Shown: one piece after another, positions 39,684 through 48,807 of the stretch
Position numbering within the stretch: position 1 is the first letter of the stretch
Layout of the letters: each line of letters begins with the position of its first letter
Origin: an uncultured Bacilli bacterium
GTDB lineage: Bacteria; Bacillota_I; Bacilli_A; RF39; UBA660
Direction: 5' to 3'
Assembly: GCA_944358545.1 (NCBI GenBank)
Contig: CALVRJ010000002.1
Span: 3,187 to 67,186, forward strand
DNA length: 64,000 nt
Notes under the pieces: generated by a model
The model's database searches: none
What the model saw: only the letters and a program-made list of their open reading frames with translations
Told to the model about the DNA's origin: nothing
Made by a program: the position numbers and the translations under genes

Positions 39684-40325
39684 TTAATATTTCTCTTTTG
39701 AATTTAAGTAATTAATATAAATAGTTTGCTCTGTATCGTTATTTTTGGTACAAGTAATTAACGTTAAAGTACTTTTATTTGAATTACGTTGTATTTTTAC
39801 TTTGCCAGTTTTTTTCACGTTATAAATGTTATCTAAAATATACTCATATTTTATTCCAGAATAATAAATATACACTTTAGCACCTGTTTTTAATTTATAT
39901 AAATTTTTAAAATAAGATATATTACTAGTTCCAGAATGTGCTGCCAAAATCAAATTTCCTTTATCAACATCAGGAAATTGTGAACCTTCAATAATTTGGA
40001 TTCCTTTATCAACATCATTTCTAAAAGAATTAAAATCTACAAGTCCTGTTTTTAATAAAACAGAAGGTATTTCTAACACTGCAATATAAACATTTTCTGA
40101 TTGACTATTTACATTTTTAATTTCTGTATTTGATTTATTATTTTGCTTGAAAAAAGCGTCTACAGATTTCTCATTTTCAATTAAAGGTTCTTCATATTTA
40201 TAAAGATTATAGGTATATAACGTTATTCCAATAAGAAGTAAAAAAAGGCCTAATAGTAATAGACCTTTTGAATTCTTATTCTTTTTTACTTTTATTTCTT
40301 CTTTTTTTAACTTCATCATAAACAA
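39684..40325 (-). CDS. Sortase (probably class B) dedicated to the adjacent adhesin
   Basis: N-terminal TM, catalytic His (LILAAHSG) and TLITC Cys motif. Confidence 0.7.
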   Translation of the reverse strand: MFMMKLKKEEIKVKKNKNSKGLLLLGLFLLLIGITLYTYNLYKYEEPLIENEKSVDAFFKQNNKSNTEIKNVNSQSENVYIAVLEIPSVLLKTGLVDFNSFRNDVDKGIQIIEGSQFPDVDKGNLILAAHSGTSNISYFKNLYKLKTGAKVYIYYSGIKYEYILDNIYNVKKTGKVKIQRNSNKSTLTLITCTKNNDTEQTIYINYLNSKEKY

Positions 40326-41841
40326 TAATTCCTATTCCAGCAGCACATATAATAACAGCGATTATATTACCAATGTTAGATTGATTTTTTTGAGTATTAG
40401 GTACATTAACAATTTGTTCATTGGTCATTGTAGCTTTAACTATTTCACCATTTTCTTTGATTTCAAAATAAACTTTTTCATCTGATAATTTATAACCAGT
40501 AGCAGGATTACGTTCTATAATATAATATTTTTGACCAGCGAGTAAATCTGTAATGACAATCTTTCCATTCTCATCTGTTACTCCTTGATAAACGAGTCTA
40601 TCATCTTCTGTGAAAATCATTATCTCAGTGTTTGGAATAACATTACCATTGGTAAAGTCAAGTTTTGTAAACTCGAGTGTCCCTTTTGGTAAATAGTTTT
40701 GAATGTCTAATTTTTTAATAATCTTACCATTCACTAAATCATTTTTAGTTGTTTCAAAATAATATTTTTCATTACTTACCATATTTCCTTGTGCTGATTT
40801 ACCTTCAACTAAGAAATATTTACCGTAATACATATTTTCAAGTTTAACAAATCCAAGTTTATCTGTTGTTAAAGTATCAATAAGATCATATTTTTTATAA
40901 ATAACTTTACCAGTACTATCAACTATATCTTCATTTGCATAAATTGCAAATTCAACTTCAGGTAAATTTATTGTTTCATAACTATAACTGCCATTAGAAT
41001 AAACAATTTTTTCGCCTTTCTTATTAATTTCAACAGAACCACCATTAGATTTAATTTTTATTTCAAAATTTAACGGATTACTAATTCTTAATGTAGCTAA
41101 TGTTTGAGAACTCTCTTTATAGTAAATCAAATTAACTTGATTATCATAGTTTTTCTTAACAAACTTAAGAGTTTCTTCACCAATAAAATTATCATCTAAT
41201 TTAATATCTAAATTATTAACATTAACTGATACTTTGTTTTGTCCATTATAATTAAGACTAAATTGATTTAATACTTTGTTTGTATCGTTTAAAACAATTT
41301 CATCACCCATGTTAGCTTCAATTTTATCATTTGCAAAACTAGGTAAAGAACTATAATTATTCACCAAATTTAAAATATCATTCTTTTCTTTAGTTAAATC
41401 AATTTCTGTACCACCATTTCGTTCTGTGGTATATTTTGTTTCTACATTTCTTGCTTTTTCCCAAATAAGTTGTTGAGCAGCCATATAATATTTATCTGTT
41501 TGATGACCAGGGTATTCATAACCGAAATAACCAACTTTTTCAATAAAATCTTCTTGTTCATCCGAAAGACCAACTACACTCCAATCAGTTGTTGAATTGT
41601 ATGTGTGATCAGTTATTTGAACTAATGGTTCAATACAATAAGCTAACTTTTCATTTAAATAAAACTTGTTAGCGTGTCCAGTCATTATCTTACCGGTATC
41701 TTTATCTTTCTGATAATAATAAGCCCCATCTATTACTTCTTTTGTAAACTGTGAATCATTCTCCGCTGCCTTAACTGTATTAGCCGAACCAACTGAAAAA
41801 ATTGGTAACAAAGCTAAAATAATTCCTAATAATTTTTTCAT
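40276..41841 (-). CDS. Sortase-anchored surface adhesin: thioester domain plus 2 Cna-B/prealbumin-like domains (TIE-protein-like)
   Basis: Signal peptide from MKKLLGIILALLPIFSV. Cys in AYCIEP and Gln in AAQQLIWE match the thioester [YF]C / TQxA(I/V)W pair. Two TDENGKIV...GQKYY.IE-type Cna B repeats. C-terminal VPNTQ-hydrophobic-KKRRNK sorting signal. Track start 41889 lies inside an upstream terminator hairpin. Confidence 0.5.
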   Translation of the reverse strand: MKKLLGIILALLPIFSVGSANTVKAAENDSQFTKEVIDGAYYYQKDKDTGKIMTGHANKFYLNEKLAYCIEPLVQITDHTYNSTTDWSVVGLSDEQEDFIEKVGYFGYEYPGHQTDKYYMAAQQLIWEKARNVETKYTTERNGGTEIDLTKEKNDILNLVNNYSSLPSFANDKIEANMGDEIVLNDTNKVLNQFSLNYNGQNKVSVNVNNLDIKLDDNFIGEETLKFVKKNYDNQVNLIYYKESSQTLATLRISNPLNFEIKIKSNGGSVEINKKGEKIVYSNGSYSYETINLPEVEFAIYANEDIVDSTGKVIYKKYDLIDTLTTDKLGFVKLENMYYGKYFLVEGKSAQGNMVSNEKYYFETTKNDLVNGKIIKKLDIQNYLPKGTLEFTKLDFTNGNVIPNTEIMIFTEDDRLVYQGVTDENGKIVITDLLAGQKYYIIERNPATGYKLSDEKVYFEIKENGEIVKATMTNEQIVNVPNTQKNQSNIGNIIAVIICAAGIGIIVYDEVKKRRNKSKKE

Positions 41842-41871
41842 AAATAATTTCTTCCTTTCTAATTCTTCAAT

Positions 41872-41896
41872 AAAAAAAGCGATTACCAAGATCGCT
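41872..41896 (-). terminator. Hairpin AGCGAT(N7)ATCGCT plus T7 between the par genes and the adhesin gene
   Basis: Read directly; T-run on the minus strand. Confidence 0.4.
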
Positions 41897-42139
41897 CATG
41901 TCTAACACTTATAGCAAATATAAACAAACATTTTAATACTATTAATACAAGTGATAATAATAATTTACAAACTGAAAAAATGACAATACCAAATATGCTA
42001 AAAATATTCTTAATCATATAAAACAACTCCTTTGAGTTTATATTAAATCACAATATATATTTTTTACAAGTATATAGATATTCTTTCAGTTGGTATTTAA
42101 TAATTAATATATAATTATATTTAGTAAAATTTACTCCCA

Positions 42140-43090
42140 CTATCTTTCCATCTGATGTCTTTCTTTTTGCTTTTTACAGTAATATTCAACTGCTTTAATT
42201 ACAAATTCCTCTTTTTCTTTTTCAGAAACCAAATTTTGTGGAAGTATATTTCTTAAACGATTCATATTGATTTTTAGTTTTTGAACTTGATTAGGTTTTT
42301 CAATATTTAAAATGTTTTCAATTGTTGAATAATCTAATTTACTTTTTTGACTTAATTCTTTTAACTGAATTGCCTGACTTAATGAAGGTGTAATCAAACT
42401 ACATTCTATAAAATCAGACAACATCGTTTGCTCTTCTTTTGATAAAAACGAAATTTCAACAGCCGGTCGTAAAGCTATACTCGGAGTATTACCTAAAACA
42501 TTATTATCAACAAATTTTAAAATGTCAGGTATAAGCTCTGTTAAACGAATATATCTTTGAACTTGTCTACCACTTTCACCAAATTCTTTACCTACAAGTT
42601 CAGCACTACTAAACTTATCGACCACTGGTCGCAAAGTTAAGATATCTTTTTTACCTTGATGCTTTATTGCCTCCAGTTTCATTTTATAAGCAAATGCTCT
42701 CTCGCTAGGGAGTATCTTTTCCCTTTGCATATTACTATCGACCATAATAATAGTTGCTTCATCATCGGTTAACTCCCGAATAATACACGGCATAGTTGTC
42801 TTTCCAGCAATTTCACTTGCTCTTTTTCTTCGATGACCAGAAATCATTTCATATCTACCGTTTTTTGGACGTATTATAGCAGGTACTAAAACACCACTTT
42901 CTCTTATACTATCAGCCATCTCAAATAATTCATCATTATCATTGACTTTAAATGGATGATTTTCAAATGAATCAATTTCAGATAAATTTACATCTACTAT
43001 CTTTTGAGCATTATTATATATGCGTTCTTCTTCCGTTGAAAATAAATCATCTAACTTGTTCAATCTTTCCGACAAATCGTTCTTTTTCAT
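42140..43090 (-). CDS. parB: ParB/KorB-like partition protein
   Basis: ParB box II ISGHRRKRA; overlaps parA. Confidence 0.7.
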   Translation of the reverse strand: MKKNDLSERLNKLDDLFSTEEERIYNNAQKIVDVNLSEIDSFENHPFKVNDNDELFEMADSIRESGVLVPAIIRPKNGRYEMISGHRRKRASEIAGKTTMPCIIRELTDDEATIIMVDSNMQREKILPSERAFAYKMKLEAIKHQGKKDILTLRPVVDKFSSAELVGKEFGESGRQVQRYIRLTELIPDILKFVDNNVLGNTPSIALRPAVEISFLSKEEQTMLSDFIECSLITPSLSQAIQLKELSQKSKLDYSTIENILNIEKPNQVQKLKINMNRLRNILPQNLVSEKEKEEFVIKAVEYYCKKQKERHQMER

Positions 43091-43868
43091 TGCTTATCAC
43101 CTCCAAAGCAAGAGAACAATATGCTTCAGATACCGGATTTTTTCTATCATAAGATAAAATACTTTTACCATAAATAGAAGATTCTGCGGTTTTTATAGCA
43201 ATTGGTATTTTTGATTTAAAAATATTTAATTGTGAACCGTATTCACTATGCAATAATTCATCTACGTTTTTAGATAAATTAGTTCTACGATCAAACAATG
43301 TCAATAAAACACCAGCAATTGATAAATTAGGATTTATTTGTCTTCTAACTTTATTGATAGTTTGTATTAATTGTGTCATTCCACGAAGTGCCAAATATTG
43401 ACTTTGAACAGGAATTATAACTTCATCTGAAGTAGCTAATGCATTAACAGTAATCATTCCCAACGATGGTGAACAATCAATCAAAATATAATCATATTTT
43501 TTCTTCAAATCATATATACATCTTTTTAATGTATACTCCCTACTCATGGCGTTAACTAAAGACATTTCCATAGCTGATAAATCCAAATTTGCGGGAATCA
43601 AATCTAGTCTTTCCTTATGATGTAATATAGCTTTATCAAAATATATAAGCTTATCATTCATAGATTGTTCCATTAAATCAGCTAAAGTTAAAGGTAATTC
43701 ATCCGAGTTATACCATCCCATATAAGTTGTTAAGTCTCCTTGAGGATCTGTATCAACTAATAAAACCTTTTTTCCAGCATTAACCAAAGCTACACCTAAA
43801 TTAAATACTGTTGTTGTTTTACCAACACCACCTTTCTGATTAACAACAGCAATAATTTTACCGTCCAT
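43047..43868 (-). CDS. parA: ParA/Soj family partition ATPase
   Basis: Deviant Walker A NQKGGVGKTT; 273 aa. Confidence 0.85.
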   Translation of the reverse strand: MDGKIIAVVNQKGGVGKTTTVFNLGVALVNAGKKVLLVDTDPQGDLTTYMGWYNSDELPLTLADLMEQSMNDKLIYFDKAILHHKERLDLIPANLDLSAMEMSLVNAMSREYTLKRCIYDLKKKYDYILIDCSPSLGMITVNALATSDEVIIPVQSQYLALRGMTQLIQTINKVRRQINPNLSIAGVLLTLFDRRTNLSKNVDELLHSEYGSQLNIFKSKIPIAIKTAESSIYGKSILSYDRKNPVSEAYCSLALEVISNEKERFVGKIEQVR

Positions 43869-43886
43869 TTTTATCCCTCCTTTCCA

Positions 43887-43919
43887 TAAAAAAAAGCCAT
43901 CTTAAAAAATAAAATGGCT
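43887..43919 (-). terminator. Hairpin AGCCAT(N13)ATGGCT plus T8 immediately upstream of parA
   Basis: Read directly; would block read-through from the uvrB-fragment promoter. Confidence 0.4.
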
Positions 43920-43994
43920 ATGTACACAAGCAAAATATGTTAAAAAGGTAAATACCATCGTTACCAAAATTAAATTTTTAATTATACTTTCGCC

Positions 43995-44015
43995 ACACAT
44001 AAAAGTCACAAACTT
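43995..44015. repeat. Right copy of 21-bp direct repeat ACACATAAAAGTCACAAACTT (candidate attR core)
   Basis: Exact match to 15838-15858. Confidence 0.6.
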
Positions 44016-44116
44016 TTTGTGTCCATCTAGTATTATTAAGTTTTTTTAATGTTTTTTAATACTTTTTTAGGGATTATCAAACATCAAAAAGTCTTAAAAA
44101 TCAACGGTTTTTAATG

Positions 44117-44395
44117 TTAAACATAGTATGAAACGAAATATTCGACCGCATTTTCAGGAAATAATTCCTTAAGCTCTGCGTATAACTGTCCAGCAAGCGT
44201 CTTATTATGAGCTAAAACTAAAGTTGGTTTTTGAACCCTTTCAATCACATTGGCAATCGTAAAAGTCTTTCCAGTACCTGTTGCTCCAAGTAATACTTGA
44301 CTTTTCTTACCTTCTTCAATCCCTTCCACTAATTTATCTATCGCCTGTGGCTGATCACCACTAGGTTTAAACTTTGAATGAATCTTAAATTTCAT
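44117..44395 (-). pseudogene. uvrB': Duplicated, diverged uvrB 5' fragment (codons 1-91, then stop)
   Basis: 92-aa ORF identical in protein to UvrB residues 1-91 except N32S. At nt level, the first ~58 nt are identical to 15663-15720, then ~85-90% identity with mostly synonymous changes. Walker A retained; RBS AAAGGTGA. Confidence 0.8.
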
Positions 44396-44469
44396 AATAT
44401 CACCTTTTCAAAAACACAAAAAATATTCTATCATTTTTTTCTATGATTAACAACAGAAAGAGATTAAAA

Positions 44470-45210
44470 TTACTTTAACCTCTTTACTCCTTTAAATATA
44501 TAATTATTATTGTTATCTATCTTTTTAAACTCATATTCATAAACGCTACCTTTATCTATATAATCGCTAGGCTTAATATCTCTTGAACCATTACTATCTT
44601 CTTCATAATAATCAATTAAATTCTTTTTATCAATATTTGTAAAAACAGAAACATGACTATAATAATCATTCCAATCATTATAAACAAAGAAAGATTTTTC
44701 TTTTATATAAAGCCTATCATTTTCTTTATAAGCAGACGTTATTTCCCGGTAAAATCTTTCATATCCCATATCACCGCATCCACCAGCATCTTCATAACGC
44801 TTTAAATCACCATTATATTTAAAACCGCAAATATCACCTGACATTATTAAAACATCTTCTGGTTTGTATTCAGTCTCTCCTAAAGTAAGCTTTATATGAT
44901 TTATAACATCATCTTCTTTAATGTAATCACTTAAACCATCATTTAAAACTTTATTATCTTTTAAATAATCCATAATTCCCATCGCAATCTTATATTTATT
45001 ACTTAACTTCTTTTTACCATATAAATCATCGAGTAAAATTGCATTATCACTTGGATTAGCCATCTTATACAACTTTTGAACAAGCTTATCATTTACATTT
45101 AAATTAATTATATCTTGCTTGTCATTATCTTTATTTAAAGAAAAAATAATAAAACCTTCTAAAACAATTAGAATTACTATAACTAAAATTAAAATTAACT
45201 TTTTCTTCAT
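44470..45210 (-). CDS. Hypothetical secreted/membrane-anchored protein (246 aa)
   Basis: N-terminal TM/signal; no motif recognized. Confidence 0.35.
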   Translation of the reverse strand: MKKKLILILVIVILIVLEGFIIFSLNKDNDKQDIINLNVNDKLVQKLYKMANPSDNAILLDDLYGKKKLSNKYKIAMGIMDYLKDNKVLNDGLSDYIKEDDVINHIKLTLGETEYKPEDVLIMSGDICGFKYNGDLKRYEDAGGCGDMGYERFYREITSAYKENDRLYIKEKSFFVYNDWNDYYSHVSVFTNIDKKNLIDYYEEDSNGSRDIKPSDYIDKGSVYEYEFKKIDNNNNYIFKGVKRLK

Positions 45211-45221
45211 TGAATTTACCC

Positions 45222-46712
45222 CTAACTTCTATAATATATTGCCCTCTTGCCAAAAAGATTATACATTTTTTGGAATTGACTTCTTCCATATTTTACAATT
45301 TTTCCATTATAAGGATCTGATACATACACATATTTACTATTAAAACCAACAATTACAACACTGTGCAGATTACAAATCCAATTAATTTTTTGACCAGTCT
45401 CTTTGTAAATCCATGAAGTACATACACTTGTATTTCTTAAATTAATCGAAACCCATACTTGTACAGGTATACCACCTTTTACAAGCTCTAAAACTTGCGT
45501 TAAACTATGTCCTGTATAATCAATCATTCCAGATTTATATTGATTAGCCACATCGATAATCGGCTTTTGAAAAACACCGTATCCATTCTTTGCCCGTGGA
45601 TCACCAACAAATTCAATTTCCGGATTACCACCATAAAGAACATCGTTCTCCCAATAAGGACCTTTGCCTTTTTTTAGCCTATTTACAATATCTTCTGGAG
45701 AAACATTAACATTATAATACTTTAAAAGCGTATAAAGAGCAACACTCTCACAACCATTCGGATAATTAGGGAACTGCGAATATGTCGGAAAATTATTAAT
45801 CATATATGTTATATCTCTTTGTTTAATCGTTATCTTTCTCTCTTGAGTCGTAGAATTTCCAAGTGTATCCGCTGCCGTATAATAAATCACATAATTACCT
45901 GGAGTATTATAATCAACCTTAGAATCATCTATACTAAATTCAACACTTCCAAACCTTTCATCAACCGCTTCCACACCTTTATTTAAATCTGGCTTACTAC
46001 CTGTATAAACACTTAAATTAGAAAGCCCTGAAAAAGTTGGTGGTTCCTTATCCTCTTTTATCGTCAGTTTTGTTTCTTTTTTTGTTTGGTTTCCATATTT
46101 ATCTTTAGCAATTATCGAAACTGTCTGTTCACCTACCGTCTTTTGAATCTCTATCTTTTGCAAACTAACCTTTGACAAATCATCGACTTTAACCACAAAA
46201 TCCTTTGCTCTTGGCATCTCTTCGTCTATATAAACTTCTAAATCTTTAACTTCTAAAGTTGGTGGAGTAGTATCTTTAATTGTTACTATAACTTCAAATT
46301 TTTGATCATCAATTGTTAAAGTAACCTTATGCTTACCAATTTTTTTAAGCGATTTAAGATTAGGACTAACCTTAACTTTCTTATAACTATTTTTCTTTAA
46401 AATATCATTAAGTGTTATATCTTTTCCATATTCAATTACAATTTTATCTTTAATATTTTTTGCAATATCACTTCGAACATAAAAAGTATACCCTATAAAA
46501 ACACTTATTAAAATCAAAATAATAATTAAAACTACAATAACAATATTTAAAATTTTATTATGTTTTTTGAATCTTTTTTCTTTTAAATTATTATCATTTG
46601 CTTCTTTTTTAATATATTTACTTTCTGCATTACTAATTTCTTTACTATTTTTAACATTGATATTTCTTTTACTTTGTTTCTTTTTTTCTTTCTTACTAAC
46701 TTTCTTACTCAC
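45222..46712 (-). CDS. Membrane-anchored protein with Ig-like repeats and C-terminal C39-like (YvpB-type) cysteine peptidase domain
   Basis: K-rich N-terminus plus TM; C-terminal ...PNGCESVALYTLLKYY... papain-like Cys motif and downstream His. Confidence 0.45.
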   Translation of the reverse strand: MSKKVSKKEKKKQSKRNINVKNSKEISNAESKYIKKEANDNNLKEKRFKKHNKILNIVIVVLIIILILISVFIGYTFYVRSDIAKNIKDKIVIEYGKDITLNDILKKNSYKKVKVSPNLKSLKKIGKHKVTLTIDDQKFEVIVTIKDTTPPTLEVKDLEVYIDEEMPRAKDFVVKVDDLSKVSLQKIEIQKTVGEQTVSIIAKDKYGNQTKKETKLTIKEDKEPPTFSGLSNLSVYTGSKPDLNKGVEAVDERFGSVEFSIDDSKVDYNTPGNYVIYYTAADTLGNSTTQERKITIKQRDITYMINNFPTYSQFPNYPNGCESVALYTLLKYYNVNVSPEDIVNRLKKGKGPYWENDVLYGGNPEIEFVGDPRAKNGYGVFQKPIIDVANQYKSGMIDYTGHSLTQVLELVKGGIPVQVWVSINLRNTSVCTSWIYKETGQKINWICNLHSVVIVGFNSKYVYVSDPYNGKIVKYGRSQFQKMYNLFGKRAIYYRS

Positions 46713-46777
46713 TTTACTTCTCCCTACTATACCATCATTATACTATAAAATGGATAAAAAAAATCATTTTTCATGAT

Positions 46778-47305
46778 TTAATTTTTGACGCCAATTAACT
46801 TTAAAAAACTATTTTTAGATTTTAAATTACATTTTATAAGTGCATAAGAACTAAATAAAAATACAACCATATAACCCCATACCAAAATAACACTATTGTA
46901 ATAAATATAATAAACCGCATAAAATAAACCCTTAATTAACGAAGAAATTTTTAAATATTTAACATCTGGAACCCACAAACAATAAACACCTATAATCGAT
47001 GCCATCGTTGGAAATAAAGAAATAAGTCCATCAAAAGTGATCACACAATTAAAAATAACTATAAATTCAAAAAACAAAAACAACATAAAATAAGCTTTTT
47101 TACTAAAAATTTCTCTATCGGCAAATAAATATGTTCTTATAAAATTTATAACCCCTAAAAAAGTACCAGTTAAAGCTCCAAGCGTCATACAATAAAGCGA
47201 TTCACATAAACAACTTATTGAATAAACTTGTAAAGCTTTTTTTCTATTTTTTATTAAAACACTTAAACAAATTGTAATAAAAGTAATCGTGCTAAATAAT
47301 ATCAT
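46778..47305 (-). CDS. Hypothetical polytopic membrane protein (175 aa)
   Basis: 5 predicted TM helices. Confidence 0.35.
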   Translation of the reverse strand: MILFSTITFITICLSVLIKNRKKALQVYSISCLCESLYCMTLGALTGTFLGVINFIRTYLFADREIFSKKAYFMLFLFFEFIVIFNCVITFDGLISLFPTMASIIGVYCLWVPDVKYLKISSLIKGLFYAVYYIYYNSVILVWGYMVVFLFSSYALIKCNLKSKNSFLKLIGVKN

Positions 47306-47454
47306 ATCCTATCACCTAATAAACACAGTATAACATAAAAAATCATAAATTTAATTTCCATATTCTTATCTTTTACACATATTAACGTAATTATTTCGAA
47401 AAATATATGTTTTTTTGTAAAAAATTGTTATAATCAATTTAGGAAGTATGATAT

Positions 47455-48780
47455 ATGAAGAAGAAAAAAAGAAGAAAAAGAATTATTAAACTGTTTTTAT
47501 TTATTACAATTATTATTTTAATTATTTTAGGTTTATTTTTTGTATCCAAAAATTTTCTAACCAAAACCCATCTTTTAGAAACCATAAATTATCAAAACTA
47601 TGGTCATATAACCTATTATGACATTTATGGAATTCACCTAAACTTTAAAGGAAATTTTCAAAATAAAGACAATGCCCAAAACTTAAAGCTAGTCTTAACC
47701 GATGGTCAAAACGACATCAAAATTCCATGGAAACTAACGCAAAATGGAAATGAATATGAATTTGCGACAAGTAATTATATAAATGACGGCATAAATCTTG
47801 AAAAATTAAACCAAGGTACCTACTATCTTTTAATAAAAGGAAAACTAAACGAAGAAAATATATATTATTCACTAAAAAATAATACTGAATATAAAAATTT
47901 AGAATACTATTCCCTTACAAAAAACGGAAAAAATAATAAGATTGATATAAACTGGGATAAATTTAATAAAAATTCTATTTTAAGCTTTAACATAAAAGAA
48001 ACAACTTTGCCAAATAACGTTTATGATTTTACTATTGACCCAGGCCACGATGCCAATGATGCTGGTAAACTCGCCTGTTCCAATGGAAGCCCAGTTACTA
48101 ATAGTGGCCTTTGCCGTAGTGGAACTCTTTATAAAGAATCAGACGTCAACCTTGCTTTAGCCAAAGAAATAAAAAAACAATTAGAAAACCTAGGGTATAA
48201 AGTCAAAATGACTAGAGAAAACAAAACAGACACCGTCAAATCATATGGTCATATGGGTGCAGCAACTACCGCCAATGATACTAAATCCAAATTTAATTTA
48301 GCTATTCATCACAATTCATCAGGTATCATCGGTGGCTCTAGCTCACTTAAAGGATTAGAACTTTATATTGCCAATGATACTAAATTAGACCTTGCTAAAC
48401 TATTCGTCAAAAATATAACTAAATATGCAAATACAACAACTTCTCCAAAAGACCTAGACAAAGTAACCGATGGCATATATCAAAGATTCTTTACAGAAGA
48501 TGAAATAGCTGAAGAACAAAACCCACCAGCCAATAAAAATACCAACACCATCTACTACTATTTCTTAAGAGAAGTTGGAGGTATTGCCACCCACGCTTAT
48601 AATGATGGCAGATATGAAAATATGGATGAAAATCCTTACTATAATTCTAACAACACAGCTGAAAGCTATCTATTTGAAATGGGATATTTAGATAACGTTC
48701 AAGATTTAAGAAATATACAGAGCAATAAAGAAGGATATGCTAAAGGTGTAGTTACTGCTCTTCAAGAATACTTAAAATAA
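47455..48780 (+). CDS. N-acetylmuramoyl-L-alanine amidase (Amidase_3) with N-terminal anchor and beta-rich spacer
   Basis: IDPGHDANDAG zinc-binding motif and LAIHHNS...E of the Amidase_3 fold. Confidence 0.65.
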   Translation: MKKKKRRKRIIKLFLFITIIILIILGLFFVSKNFLTKTHLLETINYQNYGHITYYDIYGIHLNFKGNFQNKDNAQNLKLVLTDGQNDIKIPWKLTQNGNEYEFATSNYINDGINLEKLNQGTYYLLIKGKLNEENIYYSLKNNTEYKNLEYYSLTKNGKNNKIDINWDKFNKNSILSFNIKETTLPNNVYDFTIDPGHDANDAGKLACSNGSPVTNSGLCRSGTLYKESDVNLALAKEIKKQLENLGYKVKMTRENKTDTVKSYGHMGAATTANDTKSKFNLAIHHNSSGIIGGSSSLKGLELYIANDTKLDLAKLFVKNITKYANTTTSPKDLDKVTDGIYQRFFTEDEIAEEQNPPANKNTNTIYYYFLREVGGIATHAYNDGRYENMDENPYYNSNNTAESYLFEMGYLDNVQDLRNIQSNKEGYAKGVVTALQEYLK

Positions 48781-48807
48781 AAATCAAAGCCTAAAAACTT
48801 TGATTTT

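Larger units (their letters stand above)
15838..44015 (-). mobile_element. ~28.2-kb integrative conjugative element (MPF-FA/Firmicutes-type T4SS) with bacteriocin, RT, TA and adhesin cargo
   Basis: Integrases, T4SS, relaxase and partition genes between 21-bp DRs; flanked by core genes and a duplicated uvrB 5' segment. Confidence 0.7.

Noticed and set aside
41842-41889. Adhesin start at 41889 (MVIAFFIEELERKKLF...)
   Set aside because: The extension overlaps a terminator hairpin and precedes a canonical signal peptide starting at M(41841); the shorter start is preferred.
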